DNA of 64,000 nt from Minisyncoccia bacterium (GTDB lineage Bacteria; Patescibacteriota; Minisyncoccia; UBA6257; 2-01-FULL-56-20). Both the position numbers and the translations under genes were made by a program. Below are positions 54,547 through 64,000 of the stretch, piece after piece (position 1 is the first letter of the stretch; each line of letters starts with the position of its first letter). The stretch covers positions 14,775 to 78,774 of the forward strand of contig JBEKRC010000001.1 in the NCBI GenBank assembly GCA_049997875.1, written 5' to 3'. Under the pieces are notes generated by a model. That model searched no databases. It was not told where the DNA came from and worked only from the letters and a program-made list of their open reading frames with translations.

Positions 54547-55380
54547 TCAAGTCAGATTTCCATCTCTGGTCGCCCACGATTTTGGTTTTTTCTTGAGGAA
54601 CTCTTCGGCTTCCCGAAGTTTTTCAAGGGTGCCGCAATCCAGGCGCCGGCCGGGGAACTCCCAGCCGTAAAGTTTGTTCTTCAGAATAAGGTCTATCTGC
54701 AACGCGACCGCGAGCGGCAAGGCGTCGTCCGCAACGACGGGAAGGGTATCCGCCACCATCCTAAGATTTCTCAAAATCTCCGGCGTAAGAACATATCCCC
54801 CCACGATGATGAGATTGGAGGGCGCTTCCTCCCTTTTCGGCTTCTCCACGATTTTGTTCAACCGGTACACCTTTCCGCCTTGGAAAACAGGGAGCTTCCT
54901 CGCCTCTTCAAATCCCACGACCCCGAACCGCGAAACTTTGCTCTTGGGAACGCGCTCAAGAAGCAGCACGGACGCTTTGTACTTGTGAAAAAGGTCCAAT
55001 AGGCCGCCGAGAACCGGCGGATCGCCCAGGACGATATCATCGCAGAAACGAACAGCGAACGGTTCGTCCCTAAGAATGTCGTAGGCCTTTGCGATAGCAT
55101 GCCCGTTCCCCCCGGGCGTTTCCTGGATCCTCGCATGGAATGTGAGTGTGGGGAACCTCTTCCGATTTTTCCGCACATATGCGGCGAAATCCCCGCGGTG
55201 CTTCGGGTTTATCACCAATATGACGTCTTGTATCCCGCAGGAAACCGCCTCGTCCAGCACGTACTCCAAAAGAGGCCTCCCGTTCACGGGAATAAGGTTC
55301 TTGGGCATGTGTCTGGTGAGGGGCAAAAGCCGCTTCCCAACTCCCGCAATGGGCAGTACCAGCTTCGTTACCTTTCTCAT
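54547..55380 (-). CDS. galU: UTP--glucose-1-phosphate uridylyltransferase / sugar nucleotidyltransferase
   Basis: KLVLPIAGVGKRLLPLTRHMPKNLIPV nucleotidyltransferase N-terminal motif. The ATG at 55380 is preferred. Confidence 0.8.
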   Translation of the reverse strand: MRKVTKLVLPIAGVGKRLLPLTRHMPKNLIPVNGRPLLEYVLDEAVSCGIQDVILVINPKHRGDFAAYVRKNRKRFPTLTFHARIQETPGGNGHAIAKAYDILRDEPFAVRFCDDIVLGDPPVLGGLLDLFHKYKASVLLLERVPKSKVSRFGVVGFEEARKLPVFQGGKVYRLNKIVEKPKREEAPSNLIIVGGYVLTPEILRNLRMVADTLPVVADDALPLAVALQIDLILKNKLYGWEFPGRRLDCGTLEKLREAEEFLKKKPKSWATRDGNLT

Positions 55381-55409
55381 GGCAACAATGGTTCCATTAT
55401 ACTCTATTT

Positions 55410-56114
55410 CTATAATCCCCATTGCGCCGAGCCCACGACGATTGTGAGGAGTGCAAAAAGGACCATTGCCGTGACAAGGATTTTCTTTCTTGAAATCCCG
55501 CCCGCAAGATGCTCGGGAACCGTATCAACAAGAAAAAAGGCGATCAGGAACACGAGGAGCGATTGGGCAATAAAATCAAGGGGAAGAAAAAGACCCACGA
55601 TGATCGCCTGCACAAGGAGCACGAAGGAGAGGAAAAGGGCAACCGGCTCCTCGCGGGACGCCATGCCGCCGGAAGCGCGCACCAAGCTGCGCAGGAGGAG
55701 AACGATCGCCGCGGCCACGAGGAATGCGTACCAAAGCGCCACGCCTTGGGCTCCTTCATCAAACCGCACGTACAGGGCGCGCAGGAGGAGAAAGGACAAC
55801 ACAAGCACGAGAAGCTCGTACAGGGACCGGCGATCAATGACCAAGAGATCTTTGATGAGGAAAATAACATAGAGCGCCGCACCGAACACAACCGCGAAAA
55901 ATGGCGTGGGCGGTTGGACGTACGCGAGCACAAGGAGCACAAAAAAAGGGAATGCCAGCTTTCCGGACTGGAACGGCGGCACAAAATAAAGATACAGCGC
56001 GACCAAAAAGAAAAGCGGGAACGGGAGCCAGAGCCACGCGAGCGCGAAAACCGCGGCCTTAAGAACTAAAGACCAGTGAATCCGCCTTAAAATTGACTTT
56101 AACTTTGCCGCCAT
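55410..56114 (-). CDS. hypothetical polytopic membrane protein
   Basis: Five or six predicted TM helices. Both candidate ATGs (56114, 56156) overlap the clpB 3' end, so the start is uncertain. Confidence 0.4.
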   Translation of the reverse strand: MAAKLKSILRRIHWSLVLKAAVFALAWLWLPFPLFFLVALYLYFVPPFQSGKLAFPFFVLLVLAYVQPPTPFFAVVFGAALYVIFLIKDLLVIDRRSLYELLVLVLSFLLLRALYVRFDEGAQGVALWYAFLVAAAIVLLLRSLVRASGGMASREEPVALFLSFVLLVQAIIVGLFLPLDFIAQSLLVFLIAFFLVDTVPEHLAGGISRKKILVTAMVLFALLTIVVGSAQWGL

Positions 56115-58716
56115 CCTTGAATTCGCCGCGGATGATCTTGTCCGCCAACTTATCAAGGATAACTTTCTGGATGAGCCGCTTCAAGGGCCGGGCGCCGAAC
56201 TCCGCGCTGAATCCTTCCTTCGCAAGATATTCGCGCGCCGCCGGTTCTATGGTGAGCGCAATGCCCCGCTCTTTCAGGCGTTTTTCTATGAGCGCGATCT
56301 GCAAATCCACGATCTTTTGGATTTCCTTCTTGTGCAGCGGATTGAAAATGACGATGTCGTCAATGCGGTTCAGGAACTCCGGCCGGAAGTTGCTTTTAAG
56401 GGCATCCATCACTTTGTCGCGGTAGTCCCCTTCTTCTGCCGAGGACTCCTCCGCACTTGGCGCACTGAACCCGATCCGCGACATCGCCTTCAGATATTGG
56501 CTGCCGACGTTGGACGTCATAATGATGATTGTGTTTTTGAAATTCACCGTTTTCCCTTTGCTGTCCGTGAGCCGGCCGTTGTCCAGCACTTGGAGGAGCA
56601 GGTTGAATACCTCCGGATGCGCCTTTTCTATTTCGTCAAAGAGGATCAAGCTGTACGGCCGGTGGCGCAGCATCTCCGTGAGCTGGCCGCCCTCCTCGTG
56701 GCCGACGTAGCCCGGCGGCGAACCGATGAGGCGGGAGGTGGCGTGGCGCTCCATGTATTCCGACATGTCTATGCGCACGAGCGCCTTTTCGTCGTTGAAC
56801 ATGAATTCCGCAAGCGCCTTCGCAAGCTCGGTCTTCCCTACTCCCGTGGGACCGAGGAACATGAATGAGCCGATGGGACGGTTTTCGTCCGAAAGTCCCG
56901 CCCGCGACCGGCGCAAGGCCGATGCCACGGCGCCGATGGCCTCATCCTGGCCCACCACCCGCTCGTGGAGCACCTCTTCTATTTTTATGAGCTTCTCCGA
57001 ATCCGTCTCAAGCATCCTCCGCAAAGGAATGCCGGTCCAAACCGAAACCACCGCCGCGACGTCTTCCTTGTCCACCGACTCCTTGAGGAAGCGGTCGCCT
57101 GCCGCGTTGGTGCCCGCTTTTCCTTTTTTGCCGCCCTTCGGTCCGCCGAAGTTCTTCTTCTCAAAGCTCGCAAAGTCCTTCTCGGCCTGCGGGAGCTCGC
57201 CGTACGTGATCTGCGCCACGCGCTCCAGGTTTCCCTCCCGTTCGGCGATCTCCGCCTCGCGCTTCAAATTGTCCACTTTCTGCCGCAGCTGATGCAGCGT
57301 TTCAAATTTTATTTTCTCCGAATGCCACTTGGCGGAAAGTTCGTCATTTTGCTCTCGGAGCTTCGCGACCTCTTTGTCTATTTCTTTTACGCGATCGCCC
57401 GTCTTCCCGTTTTCCTTGGTGAGCGCTTGCTTTTCTATCTCAAGCTTCGTGATCTCGCGGCGGATCGTGTCAATTTCTTTCGGCAGGCTCTCCGATTCCA
57501 ATCGCCGCGCCGCCATCGCCTCGTCAATCAGGTCCACTGCCTTATCCGGAAGGAACCGATCCGTGATGTAGCGCGCGGACAAATTGACCGCTTCTATAAT
57601 TGCCTCATCGCTGATCCGCATCCCATGATGAATCTCATACTTTTCTTTGAGCCCGCGCAAGATCGCAATGGAGTCGTCTATGGACGGCTCCTCAACCACG
57701 ATCGGCTGGAAGCGCCGTTCCAAAGCAGCGTCTTTCTCTATGTATTTTTGATATTCGCGGATAGTCGTCGCGCCGACGGCATGGAGTTCGCCGCGCGAAA
57801 GCGCCGGCTTCAATAAATTGGAGGCGTCAATCGCGCCCTCTGCCGCGCCCGCGCCCACGATCGTGTGTATCTCGTCAATGAAAAGAATGATCTGCCCCGC
57901 GGCGTTCTTTATTTCTTTCATGAATGCCTTCAGGCGGTCTTCAAATTCACCGCGGAACTTTGTGCCCGCAATGAGCGATCCGAGATCAAGCATCAAAACC
58001 TGTTTGCCCTTCAAGGGCTCCGGGACGTCCCCCGAGGCTATGCGCTGCGCCAAACCCTCTACAATGGCCGTTTTTCCTACGCCCGGCTCGCCGATCAGGC
58101 ACGGATTGTTCTTCGTGCGCCGTGAGAGCACCTGCATCACGCGGCGCAATTCTTCCTCGCGGCCGATCACGGGATCCAGCTGCCCTGCCTTCGCCTTGTC
58201 ACTCAAATTAATGGCGTATTTTTCCAAAACCTGGAATTTGCTCTCCGGCATCTCGTCCGTCACGCGCATGGAACCGCGGAGTTGCGCCAAGACGCGGAAC
58301 GCCGTCTCGCGCCGCACGCCAAATTTTTCCAAAATGCTTTTTGCGCTGCCCGCCACGTCCAAAAGCGCGAGTAATAAATGTTCGCACGAAACGAATTCAT
58401 CCTTCTGCTGCGCCGCGATCTTCGCCGACTGATCGAGCGCCTTCATCAATTCCTGCGAGAGGTAAAGCTGCCCGACGTTTGAGTTCGCAAGAATCGGCGG
58501 AATGCGGTCCAGTTCAAGTTCTATGTGCTCATGAAGTTTCTCCAGATTCACGCCCGAGCGCTCCAAGACGGGGACGACAAGGGACTGCTCGTCTTCCAAA
58601 AGCGCGGCGAGAAGATGAAGCCCTTTGAGCTCGCCGTGATTTTTCTTCGCGGCGATCTCCTGCGCGTTCTGCAATGCCTCCTGGGCTTTTATGGTGAAAC
58701 GATGAAAATTCGGCAT
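56059..58716 (-). CDS. clpB: ATP-dependent chaperone ClpB (two AAA+ modules plus coiled-coil middle domain)
   Basis: Clp_N repeats, Walker A GEPGVGKT and GPTGVGKT, and a middle coiled coil (...[17 protein letters not shown]...). The ATG at 58716 is preferred. Confidence 0.9.
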   Translation of the reverse strand: MPNFHRFTIKAQEALQNAQEIAAKKNHGELKGLHLLAALLEDEQSLVVPVLERSGVNLEKLHEHIELELDRIPPILANSNVGQLYLSQELMKALDQSAKIAAQQKDEFVSCEHLLLALLDVAGSAKSILEKFGVRRETAFRVLAQLRGSMRVTDEMPESKFQVLEKYAINLSDKAKAGQLDPVIGREEELRRVMQVLSRRTKNNPCLIGEPGVGKTAIVEGLAQRIASGDVPEPLKGKQVLMLDLGSLIAGTKFRGEFEDRLKAFMKEIKNAAGQIILFIDEIHTIVGAGAAEGAIDASNLLKPALSRGELHAVGATTIREYQKYIEKDAALERRFQPIVVEEPSIDDSIAILRGLKEKYEIHHGMRISDEAIIEAVNLSARYITDRFLPDKAVDLIDEAMAARRLESESLPKEIDTIRREITKLEIEKQALTKENGKTGDRVKEIDKEVAKLREQNDELSAKWHSEKIKFETLHQLRQKVDNLKREAEIAEREGNLERVAQITYGELPQAEKDFASFEKKNFGGPKGGKKGKAGTNAAGDRFLKESVDKEDVAAVVSVWTGIPLRRMLETDSEKLIKIEEVLHERVVGQDEAIGAVASALRRSRAGLSDENRPIGSFMFLGPTGVGKTELAKALAEFMFNDEKALVRIDMSEYMERHATSRLIGSPPGYVGHEEGGQLTEMLRHRPYSLILFDEIEKAHPEVFNLLLQVLDNGRLTDSKGKTVNFKNTIIIMTSNVGSQYLKAMSRIGFSAPSAEESSAEEGDYRDKVMDALKSNFRPEFLNRIDDIVIFNPLHKKEIQKIVDLQIALIEKRLKERGIALTIEPAAREYLAKEGFSAEFGARPLKRLIQKVILDKLADKIIRGEFKDGGKVKVNFKADSLVFSS

Positions 58717-58893
58717 GGTTTGTATAGTAATTATACCGCGATAGGACCATTTTAGTTTCAAAAACGCCGATTGTCAATCTCAGGGGGAGATTGCTAATGG
58801 CAGTGTATACAAACCTCATCTTATCTGTTCGAAAATCGTCCACGCCGTGCACGGAAATTCGCTGGAAATTAGATTTGATATATACTGAGGACA

Positions 58894-59508
58894 ATGAATA
58901 GATTCAAAGCCGTTGTGTTTGATTTCGGCGGTGTCATTGAATTGAACAAGAACGGTTCAAGCGTGAAGTACGTTGCGGACGCCCTTTCGATCCCCGTGGA
59001 CGAGCTTCGGAAGGTGTATTTTCAATACAACCACCTCGCGAACGTGCATAACATGACGTATGAAGACGTGATGGTCAAAGCTGTCCGTACCTTTGATAAG
59101 AGCGAAGCAACCGCGGACCGCGTTCGCGAATTGATGCGGTCGCATAAGGAGGGCCATACTATCAACACGAATCTTTTCCCTTTGTTCTCGGCATTGCGAC
59201 GCTCGGGCTATAAGGTAGCTATTTTGAGCAACAACCGGACCGACCTGCGGCAGCGGTTGGAAAAGCAGCACATTCTGCCCTTGGTGGACGAAGTGGTAAT
59301 TTCCGTCGAAATCGGCCATCAGAAACCGGACAAAGAAGCATTCGACGCGGTATTCAGGAAACTGGGCGTCCGCCCGGAAGAAGTCGTCTTTGTGGACGAC
59401 ATTCCGAAAAGTTTGGAAAAGGCTTCCGAGATTGGTTATCATCCGATTCTTTTCAGCAACAACGACCAGCTTAGAGCCGACCTTGAGAAACTTGGGATAT
59501 GGACTTAA
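58894..59508 (+). CDS. HAD-superfamily hydrolase (subfamily IA)
   Basis: VVFDFGGVI (motif I DxG), ILSNN (motif II) and VFVDDI (motif IV). Confidence 0.8.
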   Translation: MNRFKAVVFDFGGVIELNKNGSSVKYVADALSIPVDELRKVYFQYNHLANVHNMTYEDVMVKAVRTFDKSEATADRVRELMRSHKEGHTINTNLFPLFSALRRSGYKVAILSNNRTDLRQRLEKQHILPLVDEVVISVEIGHQKPDKEAFDAVFRKLGVRPEEVVFVDDIPKSLEKASEIGYHPILFSNNDQLRADLEKLGIWT

Positions 59509-59550
59509 TGAATTTGGCTAAAGCTGTTCGATCGTCCAAGCCCGCGCACT

Positions 59551-60009
59551 TTGTTTTATAATGAAGTTGTGGAGAAGGTTTCCAACAATTTAGTTCTTGA
59601 ACTTCATATTCCCGATTTTGAAAAAGCCCGGTCTTTTTATGCGATTTTCGGTTTCAGCCAGTTGAAATACGATCCAACCTCGGGAGGAGGCAGTAATCTC
59701 GGCTATATGATACTGAGGCGGAGCGACGCTTTGGGAGAAACCCACATCAACTTTTATGGTGATAAAGAGAAGGTATCCCAGCATTCTCACTTCAAGGATT
59801 TTCCGCCCAATACTCCTCGGGGATATGAGGTGGAAATCACTATCCCGGTTTCTAATGTCGAGGAACTTTGGAATGAGACGAAGAGTAAAATTCCAGACTC
59901 CCAGATCGCTCAGCCTCTCACACTTAAGCGCTGGGGTAAAAAGGATTTCAGAGTGACCGACCCTTTCGGTTTTTATGTACGTTTTACAGAACTTGTCGAT
60001 TGGTATTGA
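59551..60009 (+). CDS. VOC/glyoxalase-bleomycin-resistance family protein
   Basis: 152 aa with a beta-alpha-beta-beta-beta-module-like pattern; the call is based on overall length and the HINFYG ... EVEI pattern. Confidence 0.6.
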   Translation: MFYNEVVEKVSNNLVLELHIPDFEKARSFYAIFGFSQLKYDPTSGGGSNLGYMILRRSDALGETHINFYGDKEKVSQHSHFKDFPPNTPRGYEVEITIPVSNVEELWNETKSKIPDSQIAQPLTLKRWGKKDFRVTDPFGFYVRFTELVDWY

Positions 60010-60169
60010 GATATCTTAAGGCTATTCGAAAGTCGTCCACTCCCATGCGCAAAAAATCATTAAAGAAATATTAAACGGTGTTTGACTTTCCATGCGGTGG
60101 CATTACCATAAAACCATGCCTGCGGGGCGGCAGCCCCTAACCGGCCTTCGGGCTGGTAGCAGGCATGTT

Positions 60170-60198
60170 AAAAAACCTCTCCGCGTGAGAGGTTTTTT
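60170..60198. terminator. bidirectional rho-independent terminator (aaaaaacctctc-cgcgt-gagaggtttttt)
   Basis: An 8-bp stem flanked by A5 and T6 between convergent genes (59551-60009 on plus, 60197-60613 on minus). Confidence 0.7.
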
Positions 60199-60613
60199 AA
60201 TAAATACTGAAAAAATGCTTTTGTCCCTTTTTGAGTTGCCTCACTAATAAAGTAACCGAGTGATTTGTACGTTGACTTTTTATCGCCCAGAAGTCAGCTT
60301 TGGTAGTTTTTCCAGCTTTCTTGCCGTGCCACTTACTCACCATGAATGTTTCTTTCTCCCTATGGATGAAGGTGGCTTTTGGATCAGCGACTATGTTTTT
60401 CGCATGCACTAAAAGGGCAAAGCGTCTCATTTGCTCGTCTTCTCGACGGCGCTTCCCTCTTTTTCTCATAAGATGGCGGAATCCGATGCTATTAAAAATA
60501 ACGAAGTCCTTAAGTGTGGGGCACCAAACCCGCCCCAGCTTTAAGTAGAGCAGCTTTGCATTCTGCAGTGCTTCTTCGCAGCTGGCGCTGTCGCGAGAAA
60601 CCGGATATTCCAT
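60197..60613 (-). CDS. hypothetical protein (138 aa)
   Basis: Basic and AT-rich, with no recognisable domain. Confidence 0.4.
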   Translation of the reverse strand: MEYPVSRDSASCEEALQNAKLLYLKLGRVWCPTLKDFVIFNSIGFRHLMRKRGKRRREDEQMRRFALLVHAKNIVADPKATFIHREKETFMVSKWHGKKAGKTTKADFWAIKSQRTNHSVTLLVRQLKKGQKHFFSIY

Positions 60614-60662
60614 CCGGTTATCATGACAAATCCCTGATTAAAAAATTTTAAAATAATATCTC

Positions 60663-61964
60663 CTACTGGCTTGTGGGACGTTGAGCAAGCGTCGCCGTGA
60701 GCGTAACTTGCTGCCCGCCGCGATTCGCGACGATTGTTACGGTATCGCCCACGTTGAATTGCGAGATCACCGTGCCGAGGTCGTGGCTGCTGTCAATTTT
60801 TTGGCCGTTGACGGAAAGGATAATATCCTCCGCCTGGATTCCCGCTTTTGCCGCGGGGGAATTCGACTCCACGGCCGGCCCTGTTTCGCTCCCGCGCACG
60901 AGCGCGCCATAGCCAACGGGAAGTTTCTGCTGCGTTGCAACGTCCGGGGTAATCGTGAGATACCGAACGCCGAGATAGGGCGTTTGCAGTTGCCCCGTGG
61001 CCTGCACCGAGCTGATGTCATGCTTCGCCCGATTCACGGGGATCGCAAAGCCGATGTTCTCCGCATTGGATGCGATTGCGGTGTTGATGCCAATCACCTC
61101 CCCGCGCAGATTGAGGAGCGGACCGCCGGAATTGCCCGGATTGATCGCGGCATCGGTTTGGATAACGCCCTGGATGGTCTCCTGCGCTCCCGTATCGGGT
61201 GCGGAAGCGGTCACCGTCCGCGCGAGTCCGGAGATCACGCCGACGGAAACCGTGTTGGAAAATTCGCCGAGCGCATTCCCGATCGCAATCGCCGTCTCAC
61301 CGAGCTCCAAACTGTCCGAATCGCCCAGAGTAACGGTTGGCAATCCCGTCGCCTTGATTTTCACGACCGTCAAATCCTGGTTCGGGTCGCGAGCGAGCAC
61401 CGTCGCATTGTATTTTGTACCATCGTTCGTAATCACCGTATAGGATGCGCTGGTATCGGATACGACATGTTTATTGGTAAGAATCAAACCGTCTGAAGAA
61501 ATGATGAAACCGCTGCCGCCGCCCACTTCCTGAAGTTGCGTTTTCCCCGTATCGCACGGCTGGGTCAGCCTTTGGGAATCGTTGCCGAAAAATTGCTGGA
61601 ACTCCGGCGGAAGGTTGCTGAAAGGATTGTAGGGACACTGCTCAACAATAGGAACGTTTTTGGAAATCACGATGGAAACCACCGCGGGCGACGCTTTTTT
61701 CACGGCACCGACCACCGCCTGCTCGTAATCAATGACCGGCTGATACAAGGGAACCGTGGAAGATGCGCCGGCGCCCATGGTGGCGTTCGTGGAAGAACTC
61801 GCGGACGGCGACCGCCCCGCAAACGGCGAAAACAGCTTGCTGAAAAAGTCGGTGAATACGTTCGCCCGCGCCTGCGGCGCGCTGATTGCGACGCCCAAAA
61901 GAAGCCCTACCACAAGGACGCCTACGAGGGCCGCTAGTATCCTTTTATTGTTGCCGCTGTCCAT
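60663..61964 (-). CDS. htrA: HtrA/DegP-family serine protease with a PDZ domain
   Basis: N-terminal TM segment, GSGFIISSDGLILTNKHVV (His), D, GNSGGPLLNLRGEVIGINTAI (Ser) and a C-terminal PDZ domain. Confidence 0.85.
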   Translation of the reverse strand: MDSGNNKRILAALVGVLVVGLLLGVAISAPQARANVFTDFFSKLFSPFAGRSPSASSSTNATMGAGASSTVPLYQPVIDYEQAVVGAVKKASPAVVSIVISKNVPIVEQCPYNPFSNLPPEFQQFFGNDSQRLTQPCDTGKTQLQEVGGGSGFIISSDGLILTNKHVVSDTSASYTVITNDGTKYNATVLARDPNQDLTVVKIKATGLPTVTLGDSDSLELGETAIAIGNALGEFSNTVSVGVISGLARTVTASAPDTGAQETIQGVIQTDAAINPGNSGGPLLNLRGEVIGINTAIASNAENIGFAIPVNRAKHDISSVQATGQLQTPYLGVRYLTITPDVATQQKLPVGYGALVRGSETGPAVESNSPAAKAGIQAEDIILSVNGQKIDSSHDLGTVISQFNVGDTVTIVANRGGQQVTLTATLAQRPTSQ

Positions 61965-62090
61965 TGGCTTTCTTATTCTTTATTTTATAGTACGAGGCCG
62001 GCGGAGGAAAGTTTCGCAACAGTATGCACACGCTTATTACTACTCGCAAAGCCCCATTTTTGTTTCATGTATTCCAGCCCGCCAAAGGTT

Positions 62091-63296
62091 TTATAACGCG
62101 CCTTTTACTATTTTTAACGCTTCTGCTACTTCCTTTTCTGTCGTCGGGCGGCCTAGGCTGAAGCGAATACTCTCCTTTGCGCGCTCTTTTGAGTGGCCGA
62201 GCGCCTGGACGACATACGAGGACTCCATCGCGCGCGAGCGACAAGCGGAACCAGAGGACGCGGAGAGACCGCGCAGATCAAATTTGGTGAGCAGGTCCTG
62301 CGCCGCGTGTCCGGGGAAATATACATTGAGGATATTCGGCAATCTTTCTCCGTTATTTTCTGATCCGTTCGTCTCCGCCTCGGGAAAAATATCTTTTAGT
62401 CCGCTCCACAGGCGATCGCGGAGCGCCGCGATGCGCTTTGCCTCGCTTTCCCGCCGCGCCGTTACAAGCTCAACCGCCTTTGCGAAACCGACGATCGCGG
62501 GAACATTCTCCGTACCCGAGCGAAGGCCGAATTCCTGCCCGCCGCCCGCAACGATCGGCAGAAGCATGTCCGCATCGCGCACAAAAAGCGCACCCGCGCC
62601 TTTCGGACCATACATTTTATGCGAAGAGATAGTCATAAAATCCACGCCAAGCGCATTCGCGTCACAATCCAAGAACTGGAACGCCTGCGCAGCATCAGTG
62701 TGGAATGCCGGAAACCGATTGTCGGCAGTTGATTCTTTGCTGCGAACCTGTTTTCTGAAATCTTCAATTATCTTCCCAATCTCCGTGATCGGCTGCATCG
62801 TCCCGATTTCGTTGTTGGCATACATGACCGATACGAGCGCGGTTTCCGGTGTCAAGCTTTCTTTAATCTTTTTTAAATCTGCGATTCCGTGCGCGCCTAC
62901 CGGCACATACGTCACGCGGACATTCTCGCGCGCAAGGTCGCGCGCGGCTTCCAAAACCGACTCGTGCTCAATCGCAGAAACAATGAGGTGCGGCGCCGCA
63001 CGCCTCGCGCGCGCGCCCGACAGATCGTGCGCCATCTGAAATCGCCGCACGACGCCACGAAGGACTAGATTGTTTGCTTCCGTCGCAGAGGCGATGAAAA
63101 CTATCTGCCGGAAATCGGCGCCGAGCGCCCTCGCGATTGTTTCGCGCGAACGATCCACCGCCGCAATCGCTTCCTGCCCGAATGCATGGAGCGAACCGGG
63201 ATTGCCGAACCGCTCGGAAAAATATGGCGCGATCGCGCGCAGAACCGTGGGATCAACCGGCGTGGACGCCGCGTAGTCAAGATAAATCCTCTTCAT
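62091..63296 (-). CDS. cysteine desulfurase (class V aminotransferase; IscS/NifS family)
   Basis: IYLDYAASTP, SSHKMYGPKGAGALFVR (PLP lysine) and SGSACRS catalytic Cys loop. The ATG at 63294-63296 is preferred. Confidence 0.85.
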   Translation of the reverse strand: MKRIYLDYAASTPVDPTVLRAIAPYFSERFGNPGSLHAFGQEAIAAVDRSRETIARALGADFRQIVFIASATEANNLVLRGVVRRFQMAHDLSGARARRAAPHLIVSAIEHESVLEAARDLARENVRVTYVPVGAHGIADLKKIKESLTPETALVSVMYANNEIGTMQPITEIGKIIEDFRKQVRSKESTADNRFPAFHTDAAQAFQFLDCDANALGVDFMTISSHKMYGPKGAGALFVRDADMLLPIVAGGGQEFGLRSGTENVPAIVGFAKAVELVTARRESEAKRIAALRDRLWSGLKDIFPEAETNGSENNGERLPNILNVYFPGHAAQDLLTKFDLRGLSASSGSACRSRAMESSYVVQALGHSKERAKESIRFSLGRPTTEKEVAEALKIVKGAL

Positions 63297-63315
63297 GGTC
63301 CGCCGCACAGTACGG

Positions 63316-63894
63316 CTAAAAAAGCCCCGCGGCCGCAAGCGGTTTCGCAAACGATACTTTCACAATCTCGCCCGTTTGTTTGTCTGGCATCAAAAAATAA
63401 TTTTGCTTCTGATACAGGTCGTAGAGCGCCTTTGTGAGCTCCACGTCCTTCAGGCAATATGCCTTGAGCTCGTCCATCTTGCCTTCCCGATACAGGCCGA
63501 TCGCCTCCGAACCGTGAAGGTCTTTTTTCACGCCAAGGTTCACTTCGGCGAGCCGGCTCAAACTCACCCGCTGCTTCGCCGCCATCTCAATCTCTTCCAA
63601 AAGGTCCACGCGCTCCTTTTCCCAAAGGCGCGGTGCTGAAGCACCGAGTTTCTGGAAATAATGATTCAGCACCGGCACGTCGTAGCGGTTCATGCTGAAT
63701 CCGACGATCCGCCGCGCTCCCGCAAAGAGCTCGGCAAGCTTGTCCATCTCGTGCTCCTCAAAGACGAAATACTTGTCGCGCAAATAGGAATAGACGCCGA
63801 CGACCGATATCTTGAGTGCCGCGAAATTGTCCCGCCCCACGTCCGGATCGGTGAAAAAATTCTGCGTTTCAATGTCAAAAACCAGCGTGTCCAT
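63316..63894 (-). CDS. DEDD-family 3'-5' exonuclease-like protein
   Basis: LVFDIETQNF (Exo I motif) and a later YCLKDVELTKALYD (Exo III-like) motif. Confidence 0.55.
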   Translation of the reverse strand: MDTLVFDIETQNFFTDPDVGRDNFAALKISVVGVYSYLRDKYFVFEEHEMDKLAELFAGARRIVGFSMNRYDVPVLNHYFQKLGASAPRLWEKERVDLLEEIEMAAKQRVSLSRLAEVNLGVKKDLHGSEAIGLYREGKMDELKAYCLKDVELTKALYDLYQKQNYFLMPDKQTGEIVKVSFAKPLAAAGLF

Positions 63895-64000
63895 TATACG
63901 TGCCGGTCGGCGACGCTGGACGCCGCATAGCTCTCTGGCTTCGTCTTCGCCTGAAAATTGTTCGCCCGGATCATCGCCACGACCTCATGGATCATCGCCT

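Noticed and set aside
56059-56156. Full 248-aa extent of the membrane-protein ORF overlapping clpB by about 98 nt
   Set aside because: An overlap of that size is unlikely. The start was moved to the internal Met at 56114, but it remains uncertain because no in-frame start exists downstream of the clpB stop.
61756-63039. 427-aa plus-strand ORF spanning the htrA 5' end and the cysteine desulfurase gene
   Set aside because: It is antisense to two well-supported genes with clear catalytic motifs. The composition is Ala/Arg/Ser-rich and no domain is evident.

Overview
The window reads as a chromosomal stretch from a small-genome bacterium that looks like Candidate Phyla Radiation (Patescibacteria/Parcubacteria). 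That assignment is inference from a 23S rRNA split by three group I introns (two carrying LAGLIDADG ORFs), a ThrRS without the N-terminal TGS domain, a mitochondrial-type monomeric PheRS, rplK not followed by rplA, and an rpsF-ssb pair without rpsR. Most of the window is housekeeping: murI, serS, thrS, miaA, gatB, tmk, rplK, ssb, rpsF, a fused rpoB-rpoC (about 2243 aa), mltG, a SEDS (RodA/FtsW) protein, cca, murD, gatC-gatA, clpB, htrA, galU and a cysteine desulfurase. It also holds a pilM-N-O-pilB type IV pilus block with a divergent comF. A 23S-5S rRNA unit (no 16S in the window) sits on the minus strand, preceded by tRNA-Gly, an atypical tRNA-like gene and tRNA-Pro; elsewhere are tRNA-Met, tRNA-Arg(GCG) and a second, noncanonical tRNA-Gly. 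Less ordinary items: a family of long perfect hairpins (21-27 bp stems) sharing a conserved CGCAGGA-containing core, two of them directly abutting tRNA genes; a cassette of two paralogous ORF6N genes flanking tRNA-Gly, an ECF sigma factor, a putative anti-sigma factor and a secreted protein; an HTH regulator-like gene carrying internal palindromes, followed by operator-like repeats upstream of a 1184-aa surface protein with peptidoglycan-binding domains; a lower-GC stretch with a class A beta-lactamase-like gene; and several GC-rich structured intergenic elements that could be ncRNAs. No CRISPR array, transposase or 16S rRNA was seen. All calls are from reading the sequence and the supplied ORF translations; no database searches or structure predictions were run.
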